A DNA stretch of 64,000 bases from Verrucomicrobiota bacterium (GTDB lineage: Bacteria; Verrucomicrobiota; Verrucomicrobiia; Verrucomicrobiales; DEV007): assembly GCA_045046875.1 (NCBI GenBank), contig JASFYY010000018.1, forward strand, positions 1-64,000, given 5' to 3'. Positions 10,226 to 19,749 of the stretch are shown here, one piece after another. The translations under genes were made by a program, and so were the position numbers. Position 1 is the first letter of the stretch; each line of letters begins with the position of its first letter. Under the pieces are notes generated by a model that ran no database searches, was not told where the DNA came from, and saw nothing but the letters and a program-made list of their open reading frames with translations.

Positions 10226-10954
10226 TCACAAATTTTTCATCCATTGAGTGACGGTTTGGATCATTGCGGGCAGTGCTTCGTCGGCGAAGACGTGGTTGCA
10301 GCCGGGCAGTTCAATGAGCTCTTGGTTGCTGCGGGTAGGGTTAAATATTTCACGACTTTCCCCGATCGGCACAACGTCATCTTCGCTGCCATGAACGAGT
10401 AGCCAGGGGATGCTGATTTGCGCGGCGAGAGGCAGAACGCTGTCGATCTGCGTTAGGTCATCAACAAAGGCGCTGGAAAGTGGGCAATCTTTTTCATCCC
10501 ACATGAAACCTTGGTCGGCAGTCTGATCACCAAATTCCACCTGGGTGAACTTGGCCGTATGCACCATGCCTGCGAGAGAGATGAGAAATTTGAGTCGTGA
10601 ATCAGCGGCGGCCCGGATGACGCCGACGCCGCCGCCCATGCTGTGCCCTGCGTAGCCGATCTCCTGGTATCCGGCCTGCTCGACCGCATTGATGACAGCA
10701 GCGAGGTCTGCGACTTCTTTGCTGATGGTAGATTCGCGGAATTCTCCCTGCGATTGTCCATTGCCAGAGAACGAAAAGCGCAGGGCGTTGAAACCTGCTT
10801 CGGCTAAAGCTTCACCCAGCGCGACGGCCCAAGGGCGGTCTTTGTCGCCGGTCACACCATGGCCGATCAGTATGATGCGGTTTTTATTCTCGCCATCGCC
10901 ATGGAAGGCGTAGTCGAGTTGTTCGCCCTGGGGATTTTGAATGATCACATTCAT
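10226..10954 (-). CDS. Alpha/beta hydrolase
   Basis: GHG, GHSMGG nucleophile elbow, HGSEDDVVP, NHVF. Confidence 0.9.
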   Translation of the reverse strand: MNVIIQNPQGEQLDYAFHGDGENKNRIILIGHGVTGDKDRPWAVALGEALAEAGFNALRFSFSGNGQSQGEFRESTISKEVADLAAVINAVEQAGYQEIGYAGHSMGGGVGVIRAAADSRLKFLISLAGMVHTAKFTQVEFGDQTADQGFMWDEKDCPLSSAFVDDLTQIDSVLPLAAQISIPWLLVHGSEDDVVPIGESREIFNPTRSNQELIELPGCNHVFADEALPAMIQTVTQWMKNL

Positions 10955-11256
10955 GCCATTTCGGTATCAAAAATTTTGACTGTTTTGAACCACTTGGCAA
11001 AGCTATCGATAAAGACCTGGTGATCCGGATGGGTCTGGTAGGTGTTGTGATCCTCGACGCTGTCAAATTCGAGGAAGAGGGCGTAGTCGAAGGTGTTTTG
11101 TGTTACGGGTCGCTCAGGGGTGGAGGCGGCGCTACCACAGGAGCCGTGTTTGACGACGTCGATATCAAAAAGGGCGCGCATGCCACCGACGAATTCTTGT
11201 TTTTGTTCCGACGAAATGGATTCGTCCAGCCAGAAATATACACTATGTCTTACCAT
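10951..11256 (-). CDS. Dabb (stress-responsive A/B barrel) family protein
   Basis: HSVYFWL...FDS.EDH..YQTHPDHQ.F; 4-nt overlap with downstream hydrolase. Confidence 0.88.
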   Translation of the reverse strand: MVRHSVYFWLDESISSEQKQEFVGGMRALFDIDVVKHGSCGSAASTPERPVTQNTFDYALFLEFDSVEDHNTYQTHPDHQVFIDSFAKWFKTVKIFDTEMA

Positions 11257-11309
11257 AGCTTAACGTGTAGGCGCGAACCGGCAGAAAGGCAACTACGGAG
11301 CTGCGCTGC

Positions 11310-12476
11310 CTATCCCTGGTTCAAGGTGTGGGCGATGTGCGGTGTGTAGAGCTCCGGCTCAAGCAGGAACGAATCGTGGCCTTTGTCGGAATGCACCGTG
11401 ATATGAATAGTGGATACTTCGGCTTCTTTCAGACAGGAGACCAGGGCGGCTTGTTCTTCGGGATAAAAACAATAATCCTCGTCGATGCTGAATACCAGAT
11501 AGGTGTGGTCGTGCTTTTTGGAGCGACCGAACAACTGCAGGGCGTTTTCCGCCTGACCGTCTTTGACCGGATCAAAACGCGACCACATTTCACAGATTCT
11601 GAGGTAGGTATTGGCGTCAAAACGATGAACAAACTTTTTGCCTTGATGAAGCATGTAGGATTCGACCTGATCGTAGGCTGAATACCAGTCAAAATGGTCA
11701 TCGCTTTGCACAACATCACGTCGGGAACGGCGTTCGATGGCGTCAAGGTGGACAAAACACTTGTGACTGATCATACGGGCCAGCATCAGTCCGCGGTCGG
11801 GGCGTTCGCCGTCATAATAATCCCCGCTGTTGAAGTTGGGATCGTTTTCAATCGCCAGAATCTGTTCAAGCAGGAAAATGCGGTTGAGAACCGTGGTGCG
11901 GATGCCGGTTGCTATCGGGATCACGATACGGGTGCGATCAGGGTGGGTGGTGGCAAAGTTGATACACAACAGCCCGCCCGTGGAGGTGCCAACCACCGCG
12001 TGCAATTGATCGATACCGAGGTGATCGAGCAGCAGCACCTGGCTGTTGATAATGTCGCGTGCACAGATGTGGGGGAAAGTCGAACCGTAGGGTTTGTTCG
12101 TATCAGGATTGATTGAGGAGGGGCCGGTGGAGCCGTAACAGCCGCCGACGTAGTTGATGCAGATGACAAAAAAACGGTCGGTATCGATGGCCCGGCCCGG
12201 CCCGATGAAGTCCTCCCACCACCCGTGGTGACATTCCTCCGTCCAGCGATCGCCGATTTCCGGGATGGCGGGATTGTAGCCTGCGGCGTGTTGATTACCC
12301 GACAAGGCGTGGAAAAGCAGGATGGCGTTGTCCTTGGCCTGATTGAGTTCGCCATAGGTTTCGTAAGCGAGAGTCAATTGCGGGATCGATCCGCCATCGA
12401 CGAATTGGAAGCCACCCGAGCCTTCGGGGGTGGTGTAAAATTGGGTCTGAGTGGTATGGATTGGGTTCGAACTCAT
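11310..12476 (-). CDS. metX: Homoserine O-acyltransferase (MetX family)
   Basis: LAYETYGELN, HALSG, GWW..IGPG.AIDT, GTSTGG, RFDANTY, GHDSFLLE. Confidence 0.92.
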   Translation of the reverse strand: MSSNPIHTTQTQFYTTPEGSGGFQFVDGGSIPQLTLAYETYGELNQAKDNAILLFHALSGNQHAAGYNPAIPEIGDRWTEECHHGWWEDFIGPGRAIDTDRFFVICINYVGGCYGSTGPSSINPDTNKPYGSTFPHICARDIINSQVLLLDHLGIDQLHAVVGTSTGGLLCINFATTHPDRTRIVIPIATGIRTTVLNRIFLLEQILAIENDPNFNSGDYYDGERPDRGLMLARMISHKCFVHLDAIERRSRRDVVQSDDHFDWYSAYDQVESYMLHQGKKFVHRFDANTYLRICEMWSRFDPVKDGQAENALQLFGRSKKHDHTYLVFSIDEDYCFYPEEQAALVSCLKEAEVSTIHITVHSDKGHDSFLLEPELYTPHIAHTLNQG

Positions 12477-12837
12477 GATTTTGAAGGCCTATCATAGCCG
12501 AGAGATGCAAAAACGGTAATTTTTTTCCATGTCATACGGGGCGGGGGAGGGAATGTTGTATGTTGGGCAAGCTCCTTGGCTAAAGCTTCGGTGCTTAAGA
12601 GGGGGGTGAAGAACGGTGAAAGGAAGGCACGGGCGGGTGCTTTTAATGGAGCTGTATTGATGGTTTTTTAATTTTAAATCACAAATTTCGGATTCTAAAT
12701 CCATCCCGCTCGCTGGTTTTCACCTTGGGCAGGCGATAGAATTTATTTTTGCAAGCTTTCAACTTGGCCTAAAATCGTGTAAGTTCCCTCTGATCACGCG
12801 ATTCTATGCGCAACGATTGAATTTTTACAGCGAGATT

Positions 12838-13752
12838 ATGAAGGGTAATACGGCAAGCATGATAGCTCTGATAGTGGCAGGATTAGTCCTGTTGGTGGTG
12901 GGCGGCAATAGCTACAGCAAATATCTTAGGGCTCAGTATGAAAAAGAGTACGGGGTATTGGCCAAAAATCAGCGTCCAGCACCGGGTAGTCAGGCAAATC
13001 CCGCGCTTGGCGGTAATGCGCTGGTGCAACCATCGGGGCTTGATTCGGTGGCCAGCACTTTGGACCCCAGGGGATCGCTGCCTGCGGCGTCGATGTCGCA
13101 GGGGACTCCCAGCCCAGCTACTGCCCCGCTTGCACAGCAGCAGGCACAGGCTCAATCTTCCCCGCCTGCGTATAGAACAGAGCATTTACCAGCGGCTACG
13201 GCTGCGTCAACAGCGGGTGCGTCAAGGTCTCCGGCAGCTGTCGTGGATCCGGAAATCGCGCAGTTACAGGCAAGGTTGAGAGCTGCCGAACAGGAGATTT
13301 TCCAACAAAAAGTAAATCAGACACGTGGAGCTGCCACCATCGCCGCCGCTGAGTCGGGCACGCTGCGTGAGGTGATGAATCAACGGGGAGCCGCGGGGGC
13401 AAATGGGGCTTCTGCTGCGCTTTTCCCGCAGGGCGGGGCTGCGGTTGATGAAAAATCGGTGTTTGAAAAGCAGATCTTGAACGCCTCGGTGGCAGGCAAA
13501 GTGGTGGCGTTTGACCCTGATTGGGGTTTTGTCCAGATCGATGCGGGCAAAAATAGAAATATTTCCAAGGATACCAAGTTTGCCGTCAGGCGTGGCACAT
13601 CGATTGTGGGTTATGTGAAAGTGACTGAGATCAATGGCGCGACGGTGCTCGCCGATCTGACCAGTCAAAATAAATTCAGTGAAACCGCGCGCAAGCCCAA
13701 GCCGGGTGATGACGTCATTGTCTGGTCGTTTTTTGAAGAAGCGAGCCGCTGA
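12838..13752 (+). CDS. Hypothetical membrane-anchored protein with low-complexity/coiled-coil stalk and C-terminal beta-rich domain
   Basis: N-terminal TM, Ala/Pro/Gln-rich linker, C-terminal GKVVAFDPDWGFVQIDAG...KPKPGD; ATG 12838 preferred over TTG 12817. Confidence 0.75.
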   Translation: MKGNTASMIALIVAGLVLLVVGGNSYSKYLRAQYEKEYGVLAKNQRPAPGSQANPALGGNALVQPSGLDSVASTLDPRGSLPAASMSQGTPSPATAPLAQQQAQAQSSPPAYRTEHLPAATAASTAGASRSPAAVVDPEIAQLQARLRAAEQEIFQQKVNQTRGAATIAAAESGTLREVMNQRGAAGANGASAALFPQGGAAVDEKSVFEKQILNASVAGKVVAFDPDWGFVQIDAGKNRNISKDTKFAVRRGTSIVGYVKVTEINGATVLADLTSQNKFSETARKPKPGDDVIVWSFFEEASR

Positions 13753-13902
13753 GGCTGGGGGGCAGTTAAGAAGTAATTACCTGATAGGGAAACTTCCCAA
13801 GACCCCAAAGACTTTTTGAATCCGCTTGATTCCCACCAAGTTGCATACAAACCCTAGCAGATTTGGATAAGCTGCCAGAGGTCTGCGATGGTAGCGTTCA
13901 AA

Positions 13903-15696
13903 TCACTCGCCTTCTTTTTTCTCCTTCAAAGTCGATTTCACATACAGCTCGCGCAGTTGTTTAAAATCGACATCCGCCGGGCTGGCGCTCATCAGATCCT
14001 GGCCCTTGTTGTTTTTTGGAAAAGCCATCACGTCGCGGATGCTGTCTTCGCCGCACACCAGCATCACCAGACGATCCATTCCCAGCGCGATACCACCGTG
14101 TGGAGGTGCGCCAAAATTGAAGGCGTCGAGCAGGTGGCCAAATTCGCTTAACTGGGTTTCTTCATCGATTCCCAGAATGCTGAACATTTTTTGCTGCAGC
14201 CCGGATTCGTGAATTCGCAAACTGCCGCCACCGAGTTCGGTGCCGTTTAGGATGACGTCGTAGGCTTGCGCGCGAGCTTGGCCGCGGGTCTCTTCATTTT
14301 CCAACAATTCCATGTCCTCAGCCATTGGGCGGGTGAAGGGGTGATGCACAGCGTTCCACTTGCCTTCTTCGGCATCGAAGTCGAGTAGAGGGAATTCTGT
14401 GACCCAGAAAAAATCGTAGTCCTTGTTGTCTTTCAGCAACTCCTGAATGCCGGCGACTTTCAAGCGGATGCGCCCGAGCACTTCGCAGACGGTGCTCCAT
14501 GTGTCGGCACCGAAGAGGATCAGGTCGCCTTCTTCGATTGCCATTTTTTCACTGAGCGCGGCTTTTTCTTCTTCGCTGAAAAACTTCACGATCGGGGATT
14601 TCCATTCACCGTCTTCCACTTTGATGAAAGCCAGCCCTTTGGCTCCGGTTTCCTGAGCAAGTTCGGTCAGGCGGTTGATCTGACCGGTGGTCACGCAGGC
14701 AAAACCTTTGGCGTTGATCGCTTTGACCACACCGCCGTTATCGAGAGTGCCTTTGAAAACCTTGAATTTGCTTTCTGCAAAAACATCGCTCAAGTCGGTC
14801 AGCTTCATGTCGAAGCGACGCTCGGGTTTGTCGCTGCCCCAAGTGTTCATCGCGTCGTAGTGAGTGATGCGTTCGAATTGAGCTGGAATCTCAACATCCA
14901 GAGCATTCTTAAAAATGCGGGCGAGCATTTTTTCAGTCAGTCCGAGGATGTCGTCGATAGTGACAAAAGAAGCTTCGATATCAATCTGGGTGAACTCCGG
15001 CTGGCGATCCGCACGTAGATCCTCGTCGCGGAAACAGCGGGCGATCTGGTAATAACGCTCGATGCCGCCGACCATCAGCAACTGTTTGTATTGCTGGGGA
15101 GCCTGGGGCAGGGCGTAAAATTTTCCAGGGTTCAGGCGTGAAGGAACCAGGAAGTCGCGCGCTCCTTCTGGAGTGCTTTTGGAAAGCACCGGCGTTTCGA
15201 TTTCGATAAAGCCGTCTTCGTCGAGGCTGTCGCGAGTGGCCTTGCTCACTACGTGGCGCAGCTTCATGTTGCGCGCCATGCGCGGACGGCGTAGGTCGAG
15301 GTAGCGGTATTTCATCCGGGTGTCCTCGTGCAAATTGTCTTTGTCCAGTTGGAAAGGCAGAACCGCGGCGTTGTTGAGGATGTCCACTTTTTCGACCAGG
15401 ATCTCGATGTCTCCAGTGGCCAGCTTGTCGTTGGTGGTGCCTTCCAGCCGGGCGTCAACCCGACCGACGATGGTGATCACGTCTTCGGCGCGCAGTTTGT
15501 GACTGATCGCCGATGCGTCACCGTTTTCTTCCGGACGAAATACGGCTTGAGTGAGGCCTTCGCGGTCGCGCAGGTCGATGAAGATCACGCCGCCGTGATC
15601 ACGGGTGGAATTGACCCAACCGGTCAGAGTGACGGTATCGCCGACTTGCTCTTTGCGCAGTTCGTTGCAGTGATGGGTGCGGTAGATGTTGCTCAT
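13903..15696 (-). CDS. aspS: Aspartate-tRNA ligase
   Basis: YRTHHC, RDHGGVIFIDLRD, STPEGARDF, FRDEDLRADRQPEFTQID, GAPPHGG. Confidence 0.98.
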   Translation of the reverse strand: MSNIYRTHHCNELRKEQVGDTVTLTGWVNSTRDHGGVIFIDLRDREGLTQAVFRPEENGDASAISHKLRAEDVITIVGRVDARLEGTTNDKLATGDIEILVEKVDILNNAAVLPFQLDKDNLHEDTRMKYRYLDLRRPRMARNMKLRHVVSKATRDSLDEDGFIEIETPVLSKSTPEGARDFLVPSRLNPGKFYALPQAPQQYKQLLMVGGIERYYQIARCFRDEDLRADRQPEFTQIDIEASFVTIDDILGLTEKMLARIFKNALDVEIPAQFERITHYDAMNTWGSDKPERRFDMKLTDLSDVFAESKFKVFKGTLDNGGVVKAINAKGFACVTTGQINRLTELAQETGAKGLAFIKVEDGEWKSPIVKFFSEEEKAALSEKMAIEEGDLILFGADTWSTVCEVLGRIRLKVAGIQELLKDNKDYDFFWVTEFPLLDFDAEEGKWNAVHHPFTRPMAEDMELLENEETRGQARAQAYDVILNGTELGGGSLRIHESGLQQKMFSILGIDEETQLSEFGHLLDAFNFGAPPHGGIALGMDRLVMLVCGEDSIRDVMAFPKNNKGQDLMSASPADVDFKQLRELYVKSTLKEKKEGE

Positions 15697-15734
15697 GATT
15701 TGAATGGATTGAATGGAAAATTAAAGAAGCTACT

Positions 15735-17003
15735 TTATAAGCTAAGTAAAAGTTTGTCGGCCATGTCTTCGAGCTCGCTGATGTCACAGCTGCATTCTTC
15801 TCGTTTGGCCAGAGTTTTGAAACTGATTTGTGGGTAGTCACTGCCGACGATCACTGCGAGATCGGCTTTTTGCTGTTCGGCACTTTGGAATTGTTTGTTC
15901 ACCTTGGCTGCGGCCAGAGGAAAATTCACCCGCAGGCCGTTTTCCCGCAAACGCTGCACTACTTGCAGGCCTTCCCTGCGTTGTTGTTCATCGGCGATCA
16001 CCACGTAGGCGTCGAGGGTTTCCCCGGCAACATCTTCTTCGAGCAATTGATTGGCGGTTTTGGTTTCGCGGATCAAATCGGTCACTACCACATCGCCCAT
16101 CGCAAATCCTGCCGCTGGCAAGTCCACGCCACCGATCAATTTGACCAGTTGATCATAACGCCCGCCACCAGCGATGGCGCGCATGCCTTTGCCAATGTCA
16201 AAAACTTCAAAAACCGGCCCACTGTAGTAAGCCAGGCCACGCACGATGCTCAGGTCGATGCGGACGAAGTCGCGCATGCCGCGCGCGTCGAGTTCAGCCA
16301 GGATCTGTTGGAGGGATTCGCATTTTTCCTCGGCGACTCCGGAGTCGATGAACTCACGCACCGCAGTCAGACTGGTGCCAAGGGCGGCGAGTTTTTCGTC
16401 CAGCTTTTCTGCTTTATCGCGTTCGAGTTTGTCGATCACTTGCAAAAAAGCGTCTGTTTTTTCAATCTCGATGCCTTCTTGTTCGATGAAGATCGACCAA
16501 GCGGTGCGGTCGCTCAATTTGATAGCAAAGTCCTGCGCGGTGAAACCCAGTTCGAGCATCAGGTCGATCGACAGCGCCACCAATTCGGCGTCTGCTGCCG
16601 GTGAGGATTCACCGAGGATGTCGCAGTTGAATTGATAGAATTCGCGCAAGCGACCCTTCTGTTGTTTCTCGTAACGAAAAAACTGACCGATGGAAAACCA
16701 CTTCAGTGGCTTTTTGAAATCACGCTGTCGTGCTGCTGCCATGCGGGCCAGGGACGGAGTCAGCTCTGGCCGCATTGACACGTCGCGTTCGCCCTTGTCG
16801 GTGAAGCAAAACAGTTGATTCGAGATTTCCTCGCCGCTTTTGCGTTTGTATAAATCGGTGGGTTCGAGGATCGGGGCATCGTATTCGACAAAGCCATAAC
16901 CCTTCGCCACCGCACGCCATTGACCAAAAAGGTAATTGCGTGCCGTGCAGTCAGCCGGATAGAAATCGCGAAATCCCGGCAGAGTTTGGAATTTCTGAGC
17001 CAT
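15735..17003 (-). CDS. hisS: Histidine-tRNA ligase
   Basis: GFRDFYP, RPELT, RYEKQQKGRLREFYQ, RGLAYY, GGGRYD; ATG at 17003. Confidence 0.97.
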   Translation of the reverse strand: MAQKFQTLPGFRDFYPADCTARNYLFGQWRAVAKGYGFVEYDAPILEPTDLYKRKSGEEISNQLFCFTDKGERDVSMRPELTPSLARMAAARQRDFKKPLKWFSIGQFFRYEKQQKGRLREFYQFNCDILGESSPAADAELVALSIDLMLELGFTAQDFAIKLSDRTAWSIFIEQEGIEIEKTDAFLQVIDKLERDKAEKLDEKLAALGTSLTAVREFIDSGVAEEKCESLQQILAELDARGMRDFVRIDLSIVRGLAYYSGPVFEVFDIGKGMRAIAGGGRYDQLVKLIGGVDLPAAGFAMGDVVVTDLIRETKTANQLLEEDVAGETLDAYVVIADEQQRREGLQVVQRLRENGLRVNFPLAAAKVNKQFQSAEQQKADLAVIVGSDYPQISFKTLAKREECSCDISELEDMADKLLLSL

Positions 17004-17107
17004 AAAAAGTGGCTGAAGATGCACGCGCAAGGTGAAAATTCAATGGAAAATATCATTTCCGTGACCCAAGCCCTGTGCCACTGTGATCGTTTGCATTTCC
17101 CTACACC

Positions 17108-18187
17108 ATGCTGTCGTCACTCGAATTGAACCAATTTCGCTGTTTTGAGTCCCTGCAGATCGAACTGCAACCGGGGCTGACGATTTTTGTCGGCAACAAC
17201 GCGCAGGGCAAAACATCGATCCTCGAAGCGGCTTGCGCGCTGATGCGCCTGCAGTCTCCGCGAACCTCGACGCTCGGCGATTTGAGCCGGATCGGGCCGG
17301 GCGGGGGGCAGGGTTTTGCGGTGCGCGGTCAGTTTGGTGATTGCCAGTTGGGCTTGCGCCATAGTGCGCGCGGTGGGCGCAAGCTGGCGGTGGATGGCGA
17401 AAACCAGGGGCGAGCGTCGGCTTATTTGCGCTACAGCGGGCTGTTGGTTTGGATCGCCTCGGATGATTTGATTTTGGTCAAAGGCGGTGGCAGTCATCGG
17501 CGGCGTTACCTCGACTTCATGGCGGGGCAGCTTTACCCGCTTTATCGGCCCGCGCTCAAAGCTTACGAACGCGCATTGCGCTCGCGCAATTTTCTGTTCA
17601 AACGCGACGCCTCACCCGCTTGGGATCAGATTGATGCGTATAGCAAAATCCTGATCGAGAACGGTGCGATTCTTACTCGCTGCCGGCATGAATTGATCGC
17701 CGAGCTGGCTCCGCTGGCAGCTGAGGCGCAAAAACAGATCAGCGAGAGTGACGAAAATTTGCAGATCGAATACCGTGCCGCCTCCGGCGACGACGATGAT
17801 CTGGCCGCCGAATTGCAGCGTCGCCGTGGCGACGAACAACGTCGTCGGCAGACGCTCGCCGGGCCGCAGCGCGACGATCTGATTTTCAAAGTGAACCAGA
17901 TGCCGGCGGCCAAATTTGCCTCGGAAGGGCAACAGCGAACGCTCGCACTGGCTTTGAAACTGGCGCAGAGTCAGCTGTTTATCGAAAAAACCGCCCGCCC
18001 GCCGGTGCTGTTGATCGACGATGTATTTGGCGAACTCGATCCAGATCGCCGCAACGCCCTGATGCGGGTCTGGCCGACCGATTCACAAAAACTGATCACT
18101 ACTACTCATCTCGATTGGCTGGATTCCAGTCGAGTGGATGCACGGATTTGGAAAGTGGAGGAGGCCCAGGTGGATGCGGCGGATTGA
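17108..18187 (+). CDS. recF: DNA replication/repair protein RecF
   Basis: GNNAQGKTSILEA Walker A, RRRYLD, GPQRDDL, SEGQQRT, LLIDDVFGELD. Confidence 0.95.
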   Translation: MLSSLELNQFRCFESLQIELQPGLTIFVGNNAQGKTSILEAACALMRLQSPRTSTLGDLSRIGPGGGQGFAVRGQFGDCQLGLRHSARGGRKLAVDGENQGRASAYLRYSGLLVWIASDDLILVKGGGSHRRRYLDFMAGQLYPLYRPALKAYERALRSRNFLFKRDASPAWDQIDAYSKILIENGAILTRCRHELIAELAPLAAEAQKQISESDENLQIEYRAASGDDDDLAAELQRRRGDEQRRRQTLAGPQRDDLIFKVNQMPAAKFASEGQQRTLALALKLAQSQLFIEKTARPPVLLIDDVFGELDPDRRNALMRVWPTDSQKLITTTHLDWLDSSRVDARIWKVEEAQVDAAD

Positions 18188-18327
18188 GAGTGATTCACAG
18201 CGGCTTGAATTCCTTGTTTTTTCTGGTTGTCAATTCCAAGGAGCGGGGTAAAGGTATCGCACTTCTCCGCCTTCGAGTGGGGATTACCAATCCGGTCGTC
18301 ACTGATTCGACCGGAAAAAACACAAAA

Positions 18328-18400
<73 letters not shown>

Positions 18401-18513
18401 CCTTTTGTTGATGGTAAACCACTTGGGTGCTCTACTTGCCCTGACTCATTACAGGGTAAATACTCACTTTCATATCGAAAGTCATAAAAAATGCGGTCGC
18501 CTTCAAAGATTAA

Positions 18514-18541
18514 TTCGAGCCCGTCCTGAGCCACCTTTTGT
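18514..18541 (+). repeat. Degenerate direct repeat of the tRNA-Phe 3' end (att-like scar)
   Basis: TTCGAGCCCGTCCTGAGCCACCTTTTGT vs 18381-18408 TTCGATTCCGTCCCGAGCCACCTTTTGT, 25/28 identical. Confidence 0.85.
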
Positions 18542-18577
18542 GTTTGAGTGATCAGAAGGTAAATTTGGCCTGCATTT

Positions 18578-19471
18578 TCATGCCAATTCTATTGTTTTGG
18601 AAAGCGCCTTGGTCTCTTTGTCGTGGAATTCAACCACACGGCTGATTTTTGCATCCATGGTAGTGTCGCCTATTTGATCGAGGTAATGGCAGGAGGCGAA
18701 GTGCTGGGATTTTTCTGAATACTCGTCTTGCCAATCGCGGAATGTTTTTTCATCCGCGACACTCTTCCACGGAAAATGCTTTTTTGTCTGCTTTATTCCG
18801 CACCGCCACGGCTTTGGACTCAATCGTGCGCGAAAACATTCCTGCCGTTGGCAAAGTTTGACGTATAAAGGGTCGGCCCCGAGCAGCTCCATGATTCTAG
18901 ACGTCGTGGTGGAGGTTGGGTCTGCGTGGATATGGGTGATGAGGTATCTCAGTCCAGCAAAAGTTCGATAAATGCGGACGCCGAATCTTGGATCGGATAA
19001 AGCTAAATTTTGCAGTTTGGCTATCGCCTCATGCTCGAATACCTCACGTGCGCAGGGACTCTTGGATCCGAATAGGCTTTTGACTAATTCTACAAAAAAC
19101 GACAAACCTACAGGCTTAGGAAAATCCACGTCAACAAACATGGAGGAAGCCGTATTAAGCACCTTACATCCGTAGGAGTTGATACTGACCACGGCGTAGT
19201 TTGTTTCAGCATCATCGATCCATTCCTCCAATACCTCCTCCCGCAAAGGGCGGTTACCATAGAGATATTCGTTGCTGCTCGTTACTCCTTTTTCCCGTAT
19301 GATATTCGCAATTGTAGTCGCTCGTTCAGCACCCATTTTTCGAGCTTCCTCCACACTAGAGTTAGACCATCCCCAGCATGAAAATGATTCACCATCTTCT
19401 CCAGTTGACGGATTTCGAGTCTGAAGAGGAAGCTTCGCCGAACCTTTTGCCCAGTATTTCGGGAAATTCAT
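18578..19471 (-). CDS. Conserved hypothetical protein, possibly AEP/prim-pol-like fold
   Basis: 297 aa ORF; MFVDVD, RIYRTFAGLR, GADPLY, FRARLSPKPWR; fold assignment is inference. Confidence 0.75.
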   Translation of the reverse strand: MNFPKYWAKGSAKLPLQTRNPSTGEDGESFSCWGWSNSSVEEARKMGAERATTIANIIREKGVTSSNEYLYGNRPLREEVLEEWIDDAETNYAVVSINSYGCKVLNTASSMFVDVDFPKPVGLSFFVELVKSLFGSKSPCAREVFEHEAIAKLQNLALSDPRFGVRIYRTFAGLRYLITHIHADPTSTTTSRIMELLGADPLYVKLCQRQECFRARLSPKPWRCGIKQTKKHFPWKSVADEKTFRDWQDEYSEKSQHFASCHYLDQIGDTTMDAKISRVVEFHDKETKALSKTIELA

Positions 19472-19749
19472 TTACAGTTTGATTTGTTTGTTAATAACTC
19501 TCTCATTCAGCTGATTTTCTGTAAGCTTGTCAATGAAAGAAGGTTCGGGGAAATATGCGGGTAGGAAAACCCGCACTCCTGCGGGGGAGTTTTTTTAGGG
19601 AGGCGGATTTTTCGGAAAATAACAAGGATCGCCCTGTTGATGTCTTACCCTTGGCACTAATATTTGAATAGAGGGCGGCCTTCGCGAGTTGTAATTGGGA
19701 TTATTCCGGGCAAGTTTGGCAGGGTGTAGCGGCTAGATGTAGAAAAATT

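Noticed and set aside
12477..12816. SAM riboswitch upstream of metX
   Set aside because: Could not find the conserved SAM-I or SAM-II core sequences on the minus strand; an Rfam scan would be decisive
18291..18315. Hairpin TCCGGTCG...CGACCGGA upstream of tRNA-Phe as a separate RNA
   Set aside because: A single short stem, most simply part of the tRNA leader; no further support
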